Positions 23,664 to 37,203 of a DNA stretch of 64,000 bases are shown piece after piece. The translations under genes were made by a program, and so were the position numbers. The notes under the pieces were generated by a model. It was given only the letters and a program-made list of their open reading frames with translations. It searched no databases and was not told where the DNA came from. The DNA comes from Octopus sinensis (lineage: Eukaryota), in contig NC_043023.1 in NCBI RefSeq assembly GCF_006345805.1, forward strand, positions 8,184,001-8,248,000. Direction: 5' to 3'. Position 1 is the stretch's first letter; each line of letters begins with the position of its first letter.

Positions 23664-26600
23664 GTAAGTTTACTTCATATTGCTTCCTCAATGTTGAATG
23701 TTTGTTTATTATTTTATACACAATATTAAATGTTCCTAAATAACCAGATATATTTGTCCATAATATTTCATTTCTTTCTTTACTTCTTTCCTCTAATCCT
23801 CATCATTGTCACTTTTTATAAACATTCAACCAGACAATGAGGTATGCCAGAATTGATGGAATGTGAGTGAGAGAGAAACCCATCCTCACACACTGCAATG
23901 GAGTATTCTGGCAGGAAATATTCAGTCCAAGAGATTGGGGACAGATTGACCCAATAGATAAATGATGACTTTGTCAAGAAATTCTCTTGCCATACACAGT
24001 TGAAGGTTTTACCGATGTCAAGGGCTACAGTATTTCTTTTGCAGAAGTTGCAAACATAACCAAAACACTGGGGAGTCATGTAGGAATCAGATCCCTGCTT
24101 GAACCGGCTTTATGGAACTGTACTGGGGCTCATTGAATAGAGAAAGATACCCAAAGGGACAAATATGATGGTTGTTTATGACTTTTTACTTCATAATTGA
24201 AATATTGGAAGTTAGAATGACTGGCTGGTAGTCAGCAGATAGGACACTATCAGCAAGAATTATAGAACAGGGCTTCTCTAAGAGAGTAATGCTACCCTTG
24301 CGTAGGGATTGCGAAGAATTTTATAAGGACCAGGGAGCCAAGGCGGCTGTGGTGGTACAAATATATAAAACTCAATGTGTAGTTGAGTTTGGATCAGAGA
24401 ACCATCATGATTAGGGAGTGGTGGGTGGAATGATTCTGTAAAATCTATAGAGATACTCTAGGTAAGAGACCAGAAAATGTGGCTTTTAATTTGGGAGGGA
24501 AGACAGCTGACAAATGGTGAAATGCAGAAAAAACATCCTTTATTTTCTTGATGATCATCATACATGTATTTCAATGGTGGGTGAATGTCTGCCAGTTAGT
24601 GAGGGTAGGTGTTTTCCTCAAGAAGTCGATAGTGTTGTTTGTACAGCTGTAATACAGTTGTGTATGAACCACTCACACCTTTTTAAATATTGTATGGCTA
24701 CAAACTAATGTAAGCCCTGATACTGCTGCCGCATTTAGGCTCAAAATTCTGATCACTACTTTCATAATATTTCTTATTTTCTCCATTGTTTTTTTTCATT
24801 TGTGTCTACTTTTCCATAGTTGCTCATATTTAGTTGTGATTGGTGTCGTTCCAAAGATGTCACAGATGTCTAATTACAAGTAATTACTTTGTAATAGATT
24901 CAGTGACTAACATAAATAGATTTTCAATCTTTTCCTTGAGCTTAAGCATGAACTAAACAGTCTTTGTTTACCTGTTACACCTTGATTTACCTGTGCTCTA
25001 CACCTTTCTTGTAGATTTGCTTTCATTCTTTTCCAAGTAGATCTCATGTTGCTGTTTCGCCAGACATATGACATCTGAAGATCCATGCTTCATTTCAAAC
25101 ATCCTGTTCTTCTCTCACCATCATTTAAATCTTCTTCATCATTATAGCATTAATTGAAAGTGCTACTATGCCAGGCATCAGTGATTACACAGTGTAGAAT
25201 TTCATGAGCTTTACCAGGGAATATAAAACTAAAACCCTGTCTGACATATTTAGAATCTACACAATTATTTCTGAGGGTTTTGACCCTTTATAGCTCTTCC
25301 CCTGTTCAGTTACTTTATACACCATCTTATAGTCTAATCTCAGTAGTTGGTTAGTGTAGATGGTTTCTCTTATTTACCTGTGCGTCTCCTATCAGATACC
25401 AAGTTTGAAATCTTGTCAGTGTTCTCTTCAATTCATAATTGATATCATACATACCAGTAATAAACTGGGAGATTTTCTCAACTGATTTTTTTCCCCTAAG
25501 ACAGACATCTTATGTTTCATAAGAAAGACCCTTCCATCTACCATGAAATGGTATATTTGTACTGATTTCCTTCGATATTGCTCTGTCCACTTCTATGAAA
25601 ATACAGAAAGTACAAGTCATGTAAAGAAAGACACTAATGACCATCTAAAGTGCATGCCATCATTCACGGGATAGAACACTAAAAGACAGAAAAGGGAGCA
25701 GTAAAAGAACCATAAAAAGGAAAGGGTGTATAGGAACCAGTGTTTCTGAATTACAGAAAGTGTGGTGTTTTTGAAGGATACAGCTAACAACCAATGTAGA
25801 TAGTTTATTCCGTACCCTGACAATTCTGAGCATAAAATATTGTTTTCGATATCATGGAAACTGGAATGATTTTTTTATTTATTTTATAAGCATGTCTGAG
25901 AGTGGTAACGATATTAAATTCCAGAAGTGGTCAAATTTGTTATTGGAAGATGAGGGATAATCTTGTGGGATCAAGTGAGTTGCTAGAAATGACAAAATTC
26001 TGTGTCGATGCATGGAGAAGCAATACATTTAAGAAATGATAAGTGATTGAGTGAGGCTAATTGTATGGTTGTACATCTATAGACAGCTTCCAGTAGATTG
26101 GCATTCTGGACAAAATGAGCATACCGGATTGGAGACATAACCTATACATGATGGCTAACCCCCTTGTTATCGAGTATGGCCATTGCACGAAACTTAACTG
26201 TTATTGATGCTGTGATCGAATGTGACTTTTTAGCCCAGCTAAAGATCTACAATGTCTTGTACAAAATTGGCAACTAAGACCTTTACTGGTAATAGCCGGC
26301 TGTAGTTGTAACTGGGCTTCATGTACCTTTGCATGTCGTTTAAGTCCTCCTGCCGAATTACACTCTCTTCCACATGCCTGACAGATATGATTAGTATGGC
26401 ACGTTACACCACCACCAGTGGCCAGGTTGTCACTCATCTGTCTCGCTTTATGACTACGAAGATGACTCGTGAGTCATCCTATACATACATGCATACATAT
26501 CAGCATATATATAACAAAGTATGGATATAGTAATCTAATTAGGTAACAATGTCTAAGTTAAATGTTTGTGAGAATTTGAAGTTGTAGCTTTATTGTACTT

Positions 26601-29100
26601 AGACCAATGGTGGGACTTGAATGACTGGAACTATACATACATACATATATATATATGGTGGCTGCCCCCTCGTTATCGAGTATGGTCATTGTATGAAGCT
26701 TAATCAATGTTGTTATCGTGCAATGCCTGTGCAAGAAGATTTTTTTTAAAGTGAGGAAAGGCTGTGCACTGAGTCAATCCCACTCACTAAGCAACAGCAG
26801 CCATAATCCGAAAAGAAGAACAAGTCAACATCATCGGTAACCACTGAGCTGCAGGTTTTATGCCGGAGTTATCCCAGTTACCTGAGTTACCTTCGCCTAG
26901 AAGGATGCCCTAACAAAGGCTAGGAGTCCTTCACTCCCAATGGTTTAACCATGCGATCGGGTATTCAGTCCGATTATTTCTATGTTCCCGTGCATGATAC
27001 AGCCTTAAGACTTTTATTGACTCTCAAGAGTTCCTCCACCCTTACATACATACATACATACATGTGTGTGTGTGTATGTATATGTGTATATGTATATGAA
27101 GGCGCATGACTCAATGGTTAGGGCAACAGGTTCACAATCAGGAGATAGTGAGTTTGATTCCCAGTCTGGGCTGTGTGTTGTATTCTTCAGCAAGACATTT
27201 TATTTCATGTTGCACACTGGTGTGTGTGTGTGTGTATCTTTCTTTCTTCATCTTTCATATCCCTTTCTTTCACTCCAGCATCTTCTTTACTCTCTCTTCT
27301 CTTCTCTCCTTTCTCTCTCTCTCTATTCTTCCCTCCTCTCTCTCTCTCTCCTTTGATATATTTTATATATCTTCTCTTTCTTCTCTTCAGGTCAACCAAA
27401 TAAACTCACACAGTAAAACTTTCTTAATGGCAGCTTGTGCACAGGGCAGCACAAGTCTAATAGCCTTCTTGATAGAATCTGGAGCCAATATAGACATGAG
27501 TGACAAAGGCAAGAATACAGCATTGCATTATGCTGTGAAAAGGTAAGGCTTGAATTAATTAAAATCTTCAGATCTGCTTTTGTTTTGAAATTTTTTGCAA
27601 TTCCAGACTATTTGAATATCCAAAGATACCATAATAGTGGCAGTGTGACACGATAACAACATGATAGTAGTAACCAAATAACATCTTTTTCTCATTTTCT
27701 CCATGAATCCTCTTCATTGAATCACAAAAATCTTTTTCGTTATTTTTTGTCAAAACAGATATGATTAGTATGGTGCGTTACACCACCACCAGTGGCCAGG
27801 TTGTCACTCATCTGTCTCGCTTTATGACTACGAAGATGACTCGTGAGTCATCCTATACATACATACATGCATACATATCAGTATATATATAACAAAGTAT
27901 GGAGATATTCTTTGAGAGCCAACAGTTCTTAAGATTGACTCATTGTGATTCAGTGTCTTCTCTTCATATGGATTATGGGGAGAGCGATCAATTTTTCTCC
28001 AAAGAAAATGTTATTTGAGATCTAAAGCAACAAGAAAGATTCTCTAGCTTGTTTTGACAGTAAATAATCTGTAAATTTCTTACAGAAATTATTTCTCACC
28101 TCCATCTGCAACTCACTCAACACATTTTGAGATCTATTATATTTTGAATTGTGCTTCATAAGGTCATCTCTGGACAATAAAACATGTTTTGAAGTTCTTG
28201 TTAGTTTCTATAGCTTCTGCAGTCACAAATTGTTCCAGAATTTTACACAAACACACACACACCATCATTGTCATCGAATGTTCCTTTTCCATGCTGGCAT
28301 GGGTAGGAGGGTTTGATAGGAACAGACAAGTCAGAAGACCACACCAAACACTACTGTCTGTTTAGGTTTGGTTTCTATGGCTGGACGACCTTCCTAACAC
28401 CAACCACTTTGCAGAGTGTACTGGATGCCTTTTACATGCCATCCGAACCAGTGAGGTCACCAATTAATTGCGAGACAAAGACCTCTCAACTGGTTGAGGT
28501 CGTGAGGTGGGGGAGCTAATATTGCTGGAGAGAAAGGTGTCTTGCATTAGAAGAGGGACATGGCTCCTTCAGATGGAGAAGACAGAGGAGGGAAACACTA
28601 GGTTAAAATCTTGTGTTTGGCCCAAGCAAAGAAAAAAGCGAAAAAATAGTGCAATAGGTGTGAAACAACATGTAGTAAACGAATAGGAAAAAAAAAATAT
28701 GGCGAACGGGAGACGACTCGGAAAATTAAAATCTCACCACTTCCCCGTTTGTCGGCGAATTTTTTGTTCTTCATTTTCGTTTTTTACATATTATTTTACA
28801 CCCGGTACTCCACTTTTGTTCAATTTTTGTGACGGGGCGGGTGGGTGAGGTGCGGACTCGGATGATTCACACGATCTGGTAACCCCACTCGACAACCGGT
28901 CCCAAAAATGAAAACAAGAAGTGTAATAGGTGTAAAACAACATGTAGTTTTCGGATCCTGTGAGATTGATCGTGTGAATTTTCCGAGTCATCTCCACCAT
29001 CTTCACCAACGTATTCGTTTACTACATGTTATTTTACACCTATTGCACAATTTTTTTTGCTCGAGTCAAACACTAGAGTTTAACTTATACACACACACAA

Positions 29101-29135
<35 letters not shown>

Positions 29136-30447
29136 TATATAATAAATATTTGTGTGTTTATATATTCATTTATGTGTGTTATATGACCGCCATACTTTAC
29201 TGTTTCTTTTGGCGGTAAAAATACGCCTCGTTGCCCTTAACAACAAACTTTCTCTTGCATAGTCTGTTGCTATGACAACATTACATTTGCAGACGTAGTT
29301 TTGCTGCCAATTACGACGTGCTGCTGTTGTTGTTTTAGATTGATGAGAAATCTGCTATCAATTAGTTTGTCTATAATTTTCAGACATTCCATCTTTCGCA
29401 AAAGGATTACAATATATTTTTCAATGTATACCAAATATGTAGATACTAACAACGGTACTTAATCCTTGTTTTGTATTGTACACTCGCTGGGATAAAAATA
29501 TTTATATTTTATACCCTCACCTATTAATATGTGTATACACACACACGTACACATTTGTTTACTGTGTATTAACGATTATACGTATTTCAGTGGCTCATAT
29601 TTCTCTGTCTGTCTGTCTCTCTATATACATACATATATATACACATACACATATACACCTATATAATATTATTGACTTTGACATTTCCAAATATATATAT
29701 ATATATAGGCATACCTCCACAACTGGGCCCCACGACGAATTTGTTTCCTTATAACTTTTAGGCAAATGGATATTTTTTAATGAAATTTCTTTGACAAAAA
29801 TGCTTCAGATGATGAAGATTCCAATTACATTGGAAATTGTTGTAAAAACAAATTTTCAAACGTTGAAGAGTTGACTTTCTCAAAATTCACCCAAATCCGT
29901 TTTGTTTTTCTATAACTTTCAGAAAAGTGGATATTTTGTTTCTGTGAAAATTTCTACAAATCCCTTTGAAATGGTGTAGATTAGGATTATATCAGTATTT
30001 AACATGAAAAAACTTTAAAAATTTGATGATTTCGCACAGATACATACTGACACACATCACGGTTATTTTCCCAAAGTTCATCTTTTTATTTTCTGTTTTG
30101 TGTCAGTGTATATCTGTGCGAATCCACCAATTTTTATAATTTTCTTCATATTAAATTCCGATATAATCGAAATCTTCACCATCTGAAACGGTTTTATTGA
30201 AAATTTCATTTGAAAATATCTATTTTTTTGGAAAGAAAGCCGACTCGGGTGAACTTTCCTAAATTTCTCTCTCCACCCACCGAAAAGGTTTTTCTCACAA
30301 CAAATTCCGATATAATTGGAATATTTGCCATCTGAATGATATTTGTGAAAGAAATTTCATTGAAAAACATCCATTTTTCTAGAAGTTACTAGGAAACATT
30401 CGTCTGGGGCACATTTGTGTAGGTTTGCCTTTACATACATACATATT

Positions 30448-30498
<51 letters not shown>

Positions 30499-31024
30499 GA
30501 GGCTGTAGTATACATAGGTTTTTATGCATTTAATGGAACACGAGTGTATATTTAATGTAATTATTAAGTGAATGTGATGTTTTATGTTTGTTTTTCTTCC
30601 TTTCAGCCACCGAACTGATGTTGTCGCCTTCTTAGTCTCCAGTGGAGCAAATGTTAATAAGCATAACTCATGGGGCGACACACCTCTACATCTGGCTGTG
30701 GAGAAGAACTATGAAGATGTAGTCAAAGTCCTGTTAAATAGCAAAGAAAATAACAATTTACAGGTCAGCGAATATATATATATATGTGTCTGTGTGTATA
30801 ATGATATGTATGTTGGTTTGTGTTATATGTATATGAAACAGTTTATATTTATATTTTTTTAATTAAAAAATTTTCTTCAGCTCACACAGACCTGTACATA
30901 TATACACAAATATACACACACATAAACGCATATATACACAAAAATGCATAAACAAATGATCAGTGAAGATATAAAACACGTATGTATATGTAGGTATTTA
31001 TGTATATATGTATGTGCGAGAGTG

Positions 31025-31056
<32 letters not shown>

Positions 31057-34000
31057 GCATACACATATGTGTGTGTGTATAGATACATTATAAATCTCAT
31101 TTATTTTTCCCTCACCTTCATTCCACCTGTTTAAATTAATCTGATTCTGTTTTTCTGACATTTTTCCTTTTTTACCTTTTTCCCCCAATAAACACCATCT
31201 TTAATGTCTTTATTGTTTATCTTTTTTAGGTTAATCTGCGAAATATTTTGGGTTGCATAGCTCTCCATGTTGCCTGTCTCTTTGGACACATAAAGGTTGT
31301 TGAACTTCTCCTGCAACAGAATGGCACGGATGTTAATGCTGTGCAGGAAGATGGTTGGACAGCTCTCCATGTTGCCTGTCACTTTGGACACAGAAAGGTT
31401 GTTGAACTTCTCCTGCAACAGAATGGCATCGATGCCAATAAGGTGAACCTCAAGGGTGACACTCCTCTACATCAGGCAGTTCGAAAGTAAGTCCCCAATG
31501 GATTTGGATTATCCAAATCTGTTTCTTTAATGTTTGTTTTCTTGTTTTGAGTCATTCATGTCATAATCCCACCATGGGTCGTCATGCTTCACCCCTCTCT
31601 CTCTCACACACTCTAATGACACTGTAATCTAACTTCATTAATTAATCATCATAATTATTGTTGTTGTTGTTGTTACCTGACTGGATTCTTTACTTCATCT
31701 CATCCTTCGTTACCTCAACGATACAGGTTCAAATCCTCTCCCTTCTTCCTTTCATTCCATGTACCCCCCCTTCTCTTGTAATTTTCCTCTTTCCTCTGGC
31801 CCTGGGCTAAATGCAGAATCATCCCCTTACTTTGATCCGTTTGTGTTCCAAGTTCAACTCCTGGGGTCAAAATCTGTACCAGTAATATCTAGGGCTTCAT
31901 TTAATAAATTGTCCTCCCTCTTTACTCCTGTTCTTGTGTCTGATTACTGTTGGAAAATATTCAGATAAAATTTATAAGTGTTGATATCTGGACGGTTTCC
32001 TAGTCTTCTGATTGTTTACGGAATATGCGGTGTAATTTTTAATTATGTATCTTATGCAAATAACGTACATCTTCTTTACGCTGGTTATGGTAAATCTGTG
32101 TTTTGAGTTTATACCCTTCTTATAAATTTTATCTGAATATTTTCCAACCTTTGCCTTTTATTAACCCTTACGTCTTTCTACCCTTTTAGGCCCCTCTTTT
32201 TTGTATATTACGAGTTACCCTTCCAACCCCTTTCGTTGTATTAACAATTAATATTATCTTAATTTTAATGATTCTTAATACTATTTTAGTTAACAGTATG
32301 TATGTGTATGTTGTTGGCATCGTTTTTGTCTCAGGAGACAATGGAGTTGCGCATAAAATAGTCCAGTCCGGCTTTTACATTTCATGTCCTGATACATTTC
32401 CTGCTGTGGCTGTGTAGTCCTATCCTGGACAAACACTCCCTCTGGCAGGTACTGCAAATGTAGCGAAGACTGTTCCTGGCTGGTTGTAGTGTCATAGTTT
32501 CTTGTTGACTTCTTTTCTTGTCTTTCCATTTCTCCTCTCTCTCTCTGTCACTCCTTTGTATTCCCTCTTTTACGGTACGTCCCCAATCTCCACGGTTGCT
32601 GGCAATTGCTTCCCAACTGCTAATATTGATGTTGCAGGCCTTCATGTCCCTTTTGCAAACATCCTTGTAACGTAAGAACAGTCTACCCACAGACCTAGTA
32701 CCCCTAGCAAGCTCTCCGTAGAGTATGTCCTTGGGGATTCTACCATCTTTCATACGGCTAACATGCCCAAGCCATCTCATACGTCTTTGTGTGAGGAGTG
32801 CAAACATGCTTGGTATTCCTGCTTGCTTGAGGACATCTTTGTTGAGGATATGATTCTGCCATTTGATGCGGAGGATTTTCCGGAGGTAGCGCAGGTGAAA
32901 GATGTTTAGGCGACGCTCTTGGCGTGTGTATAGCGTCCAAGTCTCACTTCCATACAGTAGAGTGCTAAGTACACATGCCTGGTAGATCTTCATTTTCGTG
33001 GTCTTAGTCAGCTTATTGTTGTCCCATGCCCGTTTGGAGAGTTGGGCCATCGCAGCAGCTGCCTTGCCAATGCGTATATTGAGCTCAACATCAAGGGATA
33101 GGTTGTAGGTGACGGTAGAGCCAAGATAGGTAAACTTCTCCACCTCCTGTAATCTGTGGTCTCCAATATGTATGTTTGGGATGTCCGATGTAGCCTGACC
33201 CATGATGTTGGCCTTCTTAAGTCTGATAGCTAAGCCAAAGTTGTTACATGCTTGCTCAAAACAGTTAATGAGCCTTTGGAGGGCTTCTTCTGTGTGTGAT
33301 ACCAGAGTGGCATCATCAGCAAATAGCATCTCCTTGATCAGGACGTTTCTGATTTTGGTCTTGGCACGCAGGCGCGAGAGATTGAACAGTTTCCCGTCAC
33401 TTCTACTGTGCAGAAACACTCCATCATCTGATGTCTGAAAGGCATGTGAGAGCAAGAGCGAGAAGAAAATGCCAAATAATGTAGGAGTGAGGACACAACC
33501 TTGCTTTACCCTGCTTTTCAATTGGAAGGTGGCTGATGTTGAACCATTGTGCTATATGGTGCCTTGCATATCATCATGGAAAGACTTGATGATCCTCAGC
33601 AGCTTTGGTGGACATCCGATTTTTTGGAGCAGGATGAAGAGGCCTTTTCTACTTACCAAGTCAAAGGCCTTTGTTAGATCAATGAAGGCCATATATAGTG
33701 GCATTTTCTGCTCTCTATGTGTATGTATATATATACATATATGTGTGCGTGGTTGTTTTCGGCTATATGTATTTGTTGATATATATATATATATATATGG
33801 AAATCAAACCAAATCAAAATAGATGAACATCAATGGAATTTGTATCTTTGTGGTTCAGTACCGGTGGCACACAGAAAACCATCCGATCGTGGCCGTTCGC
33901 CAGCCACATCTGGCACCTGTGTCGGTGGCACATAAAGACACCATCCGAAGACCGGCGACGTAGACAGTCCACCTGTGCATACCTTCCTTCTTGTGACACT

Positions 34001-34599
34001 TGTGAAGACCTGTGAGGCAAGTGAAAATCAAATCAAATCAAAACAAATCAAAAAGATGAGCATAAATGGAATTTGTATCTTTGTGGTACCAGTGCCGGTG
34101 GCACACAAGAAAATCATCCGAACGTGGCCGTAGCCAGTACCGCATAGACTGGCCTCCGTGCTTTGGGGACGTAACAAACACCATCCGATCGTGGCCGTCC
34201 GCCAGCCTCATCTGGCACCTGTGTCGGTGGCACATAAAAACACCATCCGAGCGTGGCCGTCTGCCAGCCTCGTCTGGCACCTGCCAGCCTCATCTGGCAC
34301 CTGTGTCGTTGGCACATAAAAAAACACCATCCGAGCGTGGCCGTCTGCCAGCCTCGTCTGGCACCTGTGTCAGTGGCACATAAAAAAACACCATCCGAGC
34401 GTGGCCGTTCGCCAGCCTCGTCTGGCACCTGTGTCGGTGGCACATAAAATCACCCACTACACTCTCGGAGTGGTTGGCGTTAGGAAGGGCATCCAGCTGT
34501 AGAAACACTGCCAGATCTGACTGGCCTGGTGCAGCCTTCGGGCTCCCCAGACCCCAGTTGAACCGTCCAACCCATGCTAGCATGGAAAACGGACGCTAA

Positions 34600-34631
<32 letters not shown>

Positions 34632-35925
34632 ATACGTATGTAGTTATGTATGTAAACATGTATGTGTGTATGTAAGCTTGTATTTTCTGTTTTTTGGTTT
34701 ATCTATGTATATATGTGTAAGCGCACATATACGTGTGTATGTAACGAAGACAATTGAAATTCAAATGTTCCAATCAATCCTATTGAGCTTTCAATCTTAA
34801 ATTATTTCTAAACTTACTACTTAATATATATCACCATCAAAAATCTGACTTGTATGCATGTACACTTCTGGATTTTGCTATGATGTAAATCAATATTTTT
34901 CATTTTATATGTATTTGCTGATCTATAATGTTTTGCATTATACTGTATTATTATTGTTGTTATTGTTATTATGTTGCTATTTCACTATATTATGCTGTTG
35001 ATTTTTTCCACCTAATATGTACTGTGAACCACGTGATGCACATATTGTTTTACTGGTATTATTATTATTATTAATAATAATAATAATAATAATATTAATA
35101 GAGATAATAGTGATGGTAATAGTAATGATAATAATGGTAATATTAATGGCATTTTGTAACTTAATATAATGAACTCTTGACTTTGTATATGTACATTTGC
35201 ATATGGATATGTGTATGTTTGTATATTGTAATATTCTAATATATTGATTTGACTAAATGTAACCTTGTATATATGTATGTATATTATTATGTATATACGT
35301 GTATATATATATAGGAGCATGGGTATATGCACTTATATGTATGTGTATATTATATATTATGTGTATGTACCCATTCTTGTATGGGTGTACCTTCTCTGAT
35401 ATTCATATTTAGATTGTACTTATAATCTCTGAAGAAGCCTTGGGATATATTTGTATGCGTCTCATTTATAACCACATATTAACTTATCACACCTGGCTAA
35501 TATGAGCATAATGAGATACTCATATCTACATGGCTGAAACAGCTGTAAGATGTAGTTTATATTTATATTTATTTAGATTTATTTATACATATGTACTTAT
35601 TGTATCATATTACTCATTGATGTGCATTGTTTTGTTCTGTACTATTATGTTTGACCTTGATGTTCATATGTGTGGTGTTTATAAATTGTGATTGGGTATT
35701 ATCTGGTAGTTGATTATTGATTAAGGTGTATTTCTCCATTTTCTTATTTGTATACATATATATGTATGTATGTATGTATTTGTGTATGTATGTATGTGTG
35801 TATATATATATATGTATGTATGTATCTGTGTGTGGTGTATATATATATATTATATTAAATTAGAGACAAAACCACTATTAGGCAATCTGATGTTTCCCTG
35901 TAAGTTTGGATTTTATCCCTATATT

Positions 35926-36004
<79 letters not shown>

Positions 36005-36262
36005 TATATATATATAATATATATATATATATATGTATGTATGTGTATATATATATATATATGTATGTATGTGTATATATATATATATGTATATGTATGT
36101 GTATATATATATATATATATATATGTATGTAGGTGTGTATATATTTATATATGTATGTATGTGTGTATATATATATGTATGTATGTGTGTATATATATGT
36201 ATGTATGTATGTGTGTATATATATATATTATGTATGTGGTGGTATATATATATATATGTATG

Positions 36263-36308
<46 letters not shown>

Positions 36309-36383
36309 CTAGCATGGAGAACGGACGTTAAACGATGATATGATGTTGTGTGTATATATATATATATATAATAATATTTATAT

Positions 36384-36429
<46 letters not shown>

Positions 36430-37169
36430 TATATATGTATGTGTGTGTGATATATATATATATATATATTATATACACACACACATGTATAATATGTATA
36501 TGTGTGTATGCAATTATTGATGTAATTAGGTTATAATGACTCAATTACATTTGTTTTAATTAATGATTATAATTATTTTTTTCTTTCCTCTTTCTATAAC
36601 TTTCAGGAGGCACTATGATGTGGTGCTTCAATGCTGGTCCAGGTTAGTTAACAAATACATAATTATATCCTGTCTTTAATATTCGATATTAATATCATCA
36701 AAATACTGGTGGGTAGGTTTAATCAACTTCACTGCAGCAGCCTTTAAACGGCAGGTCTTGGGTCTGTGAAGAATAATTATATTGGTGATAACAATGATGA
36801 CAGTAGTAGTGGTGTTGACAGTCCAACTGACCACCACTGCTGACAGTACTATCTTCAATGGTCAGACAAGACAAGGTCATTATGAATTCAACCCATATAT
36901 ATCAGATTATATATACTATCATCATCATCATCATCTTTTAATATCGCTCTGTCATGTTGTATGTGTGTGTGATATGTTATATATGTACATTGTTGGTGTC
37001 GGCATTTTATCTTGTGTCCAATAATTTATTTGGCTTCTTTTGGCTACTTTTTCCTCTCTGTACATATGTATAAATGTCTATGTATGTGTATATATATATA
37101 TATATATATATAACGGGAAGCTTTATGAAAATAGACAAAAGACGAAGGCATGTGGAAAACAAACAAACA

Positions 37170-37203
<34 letters not shown>

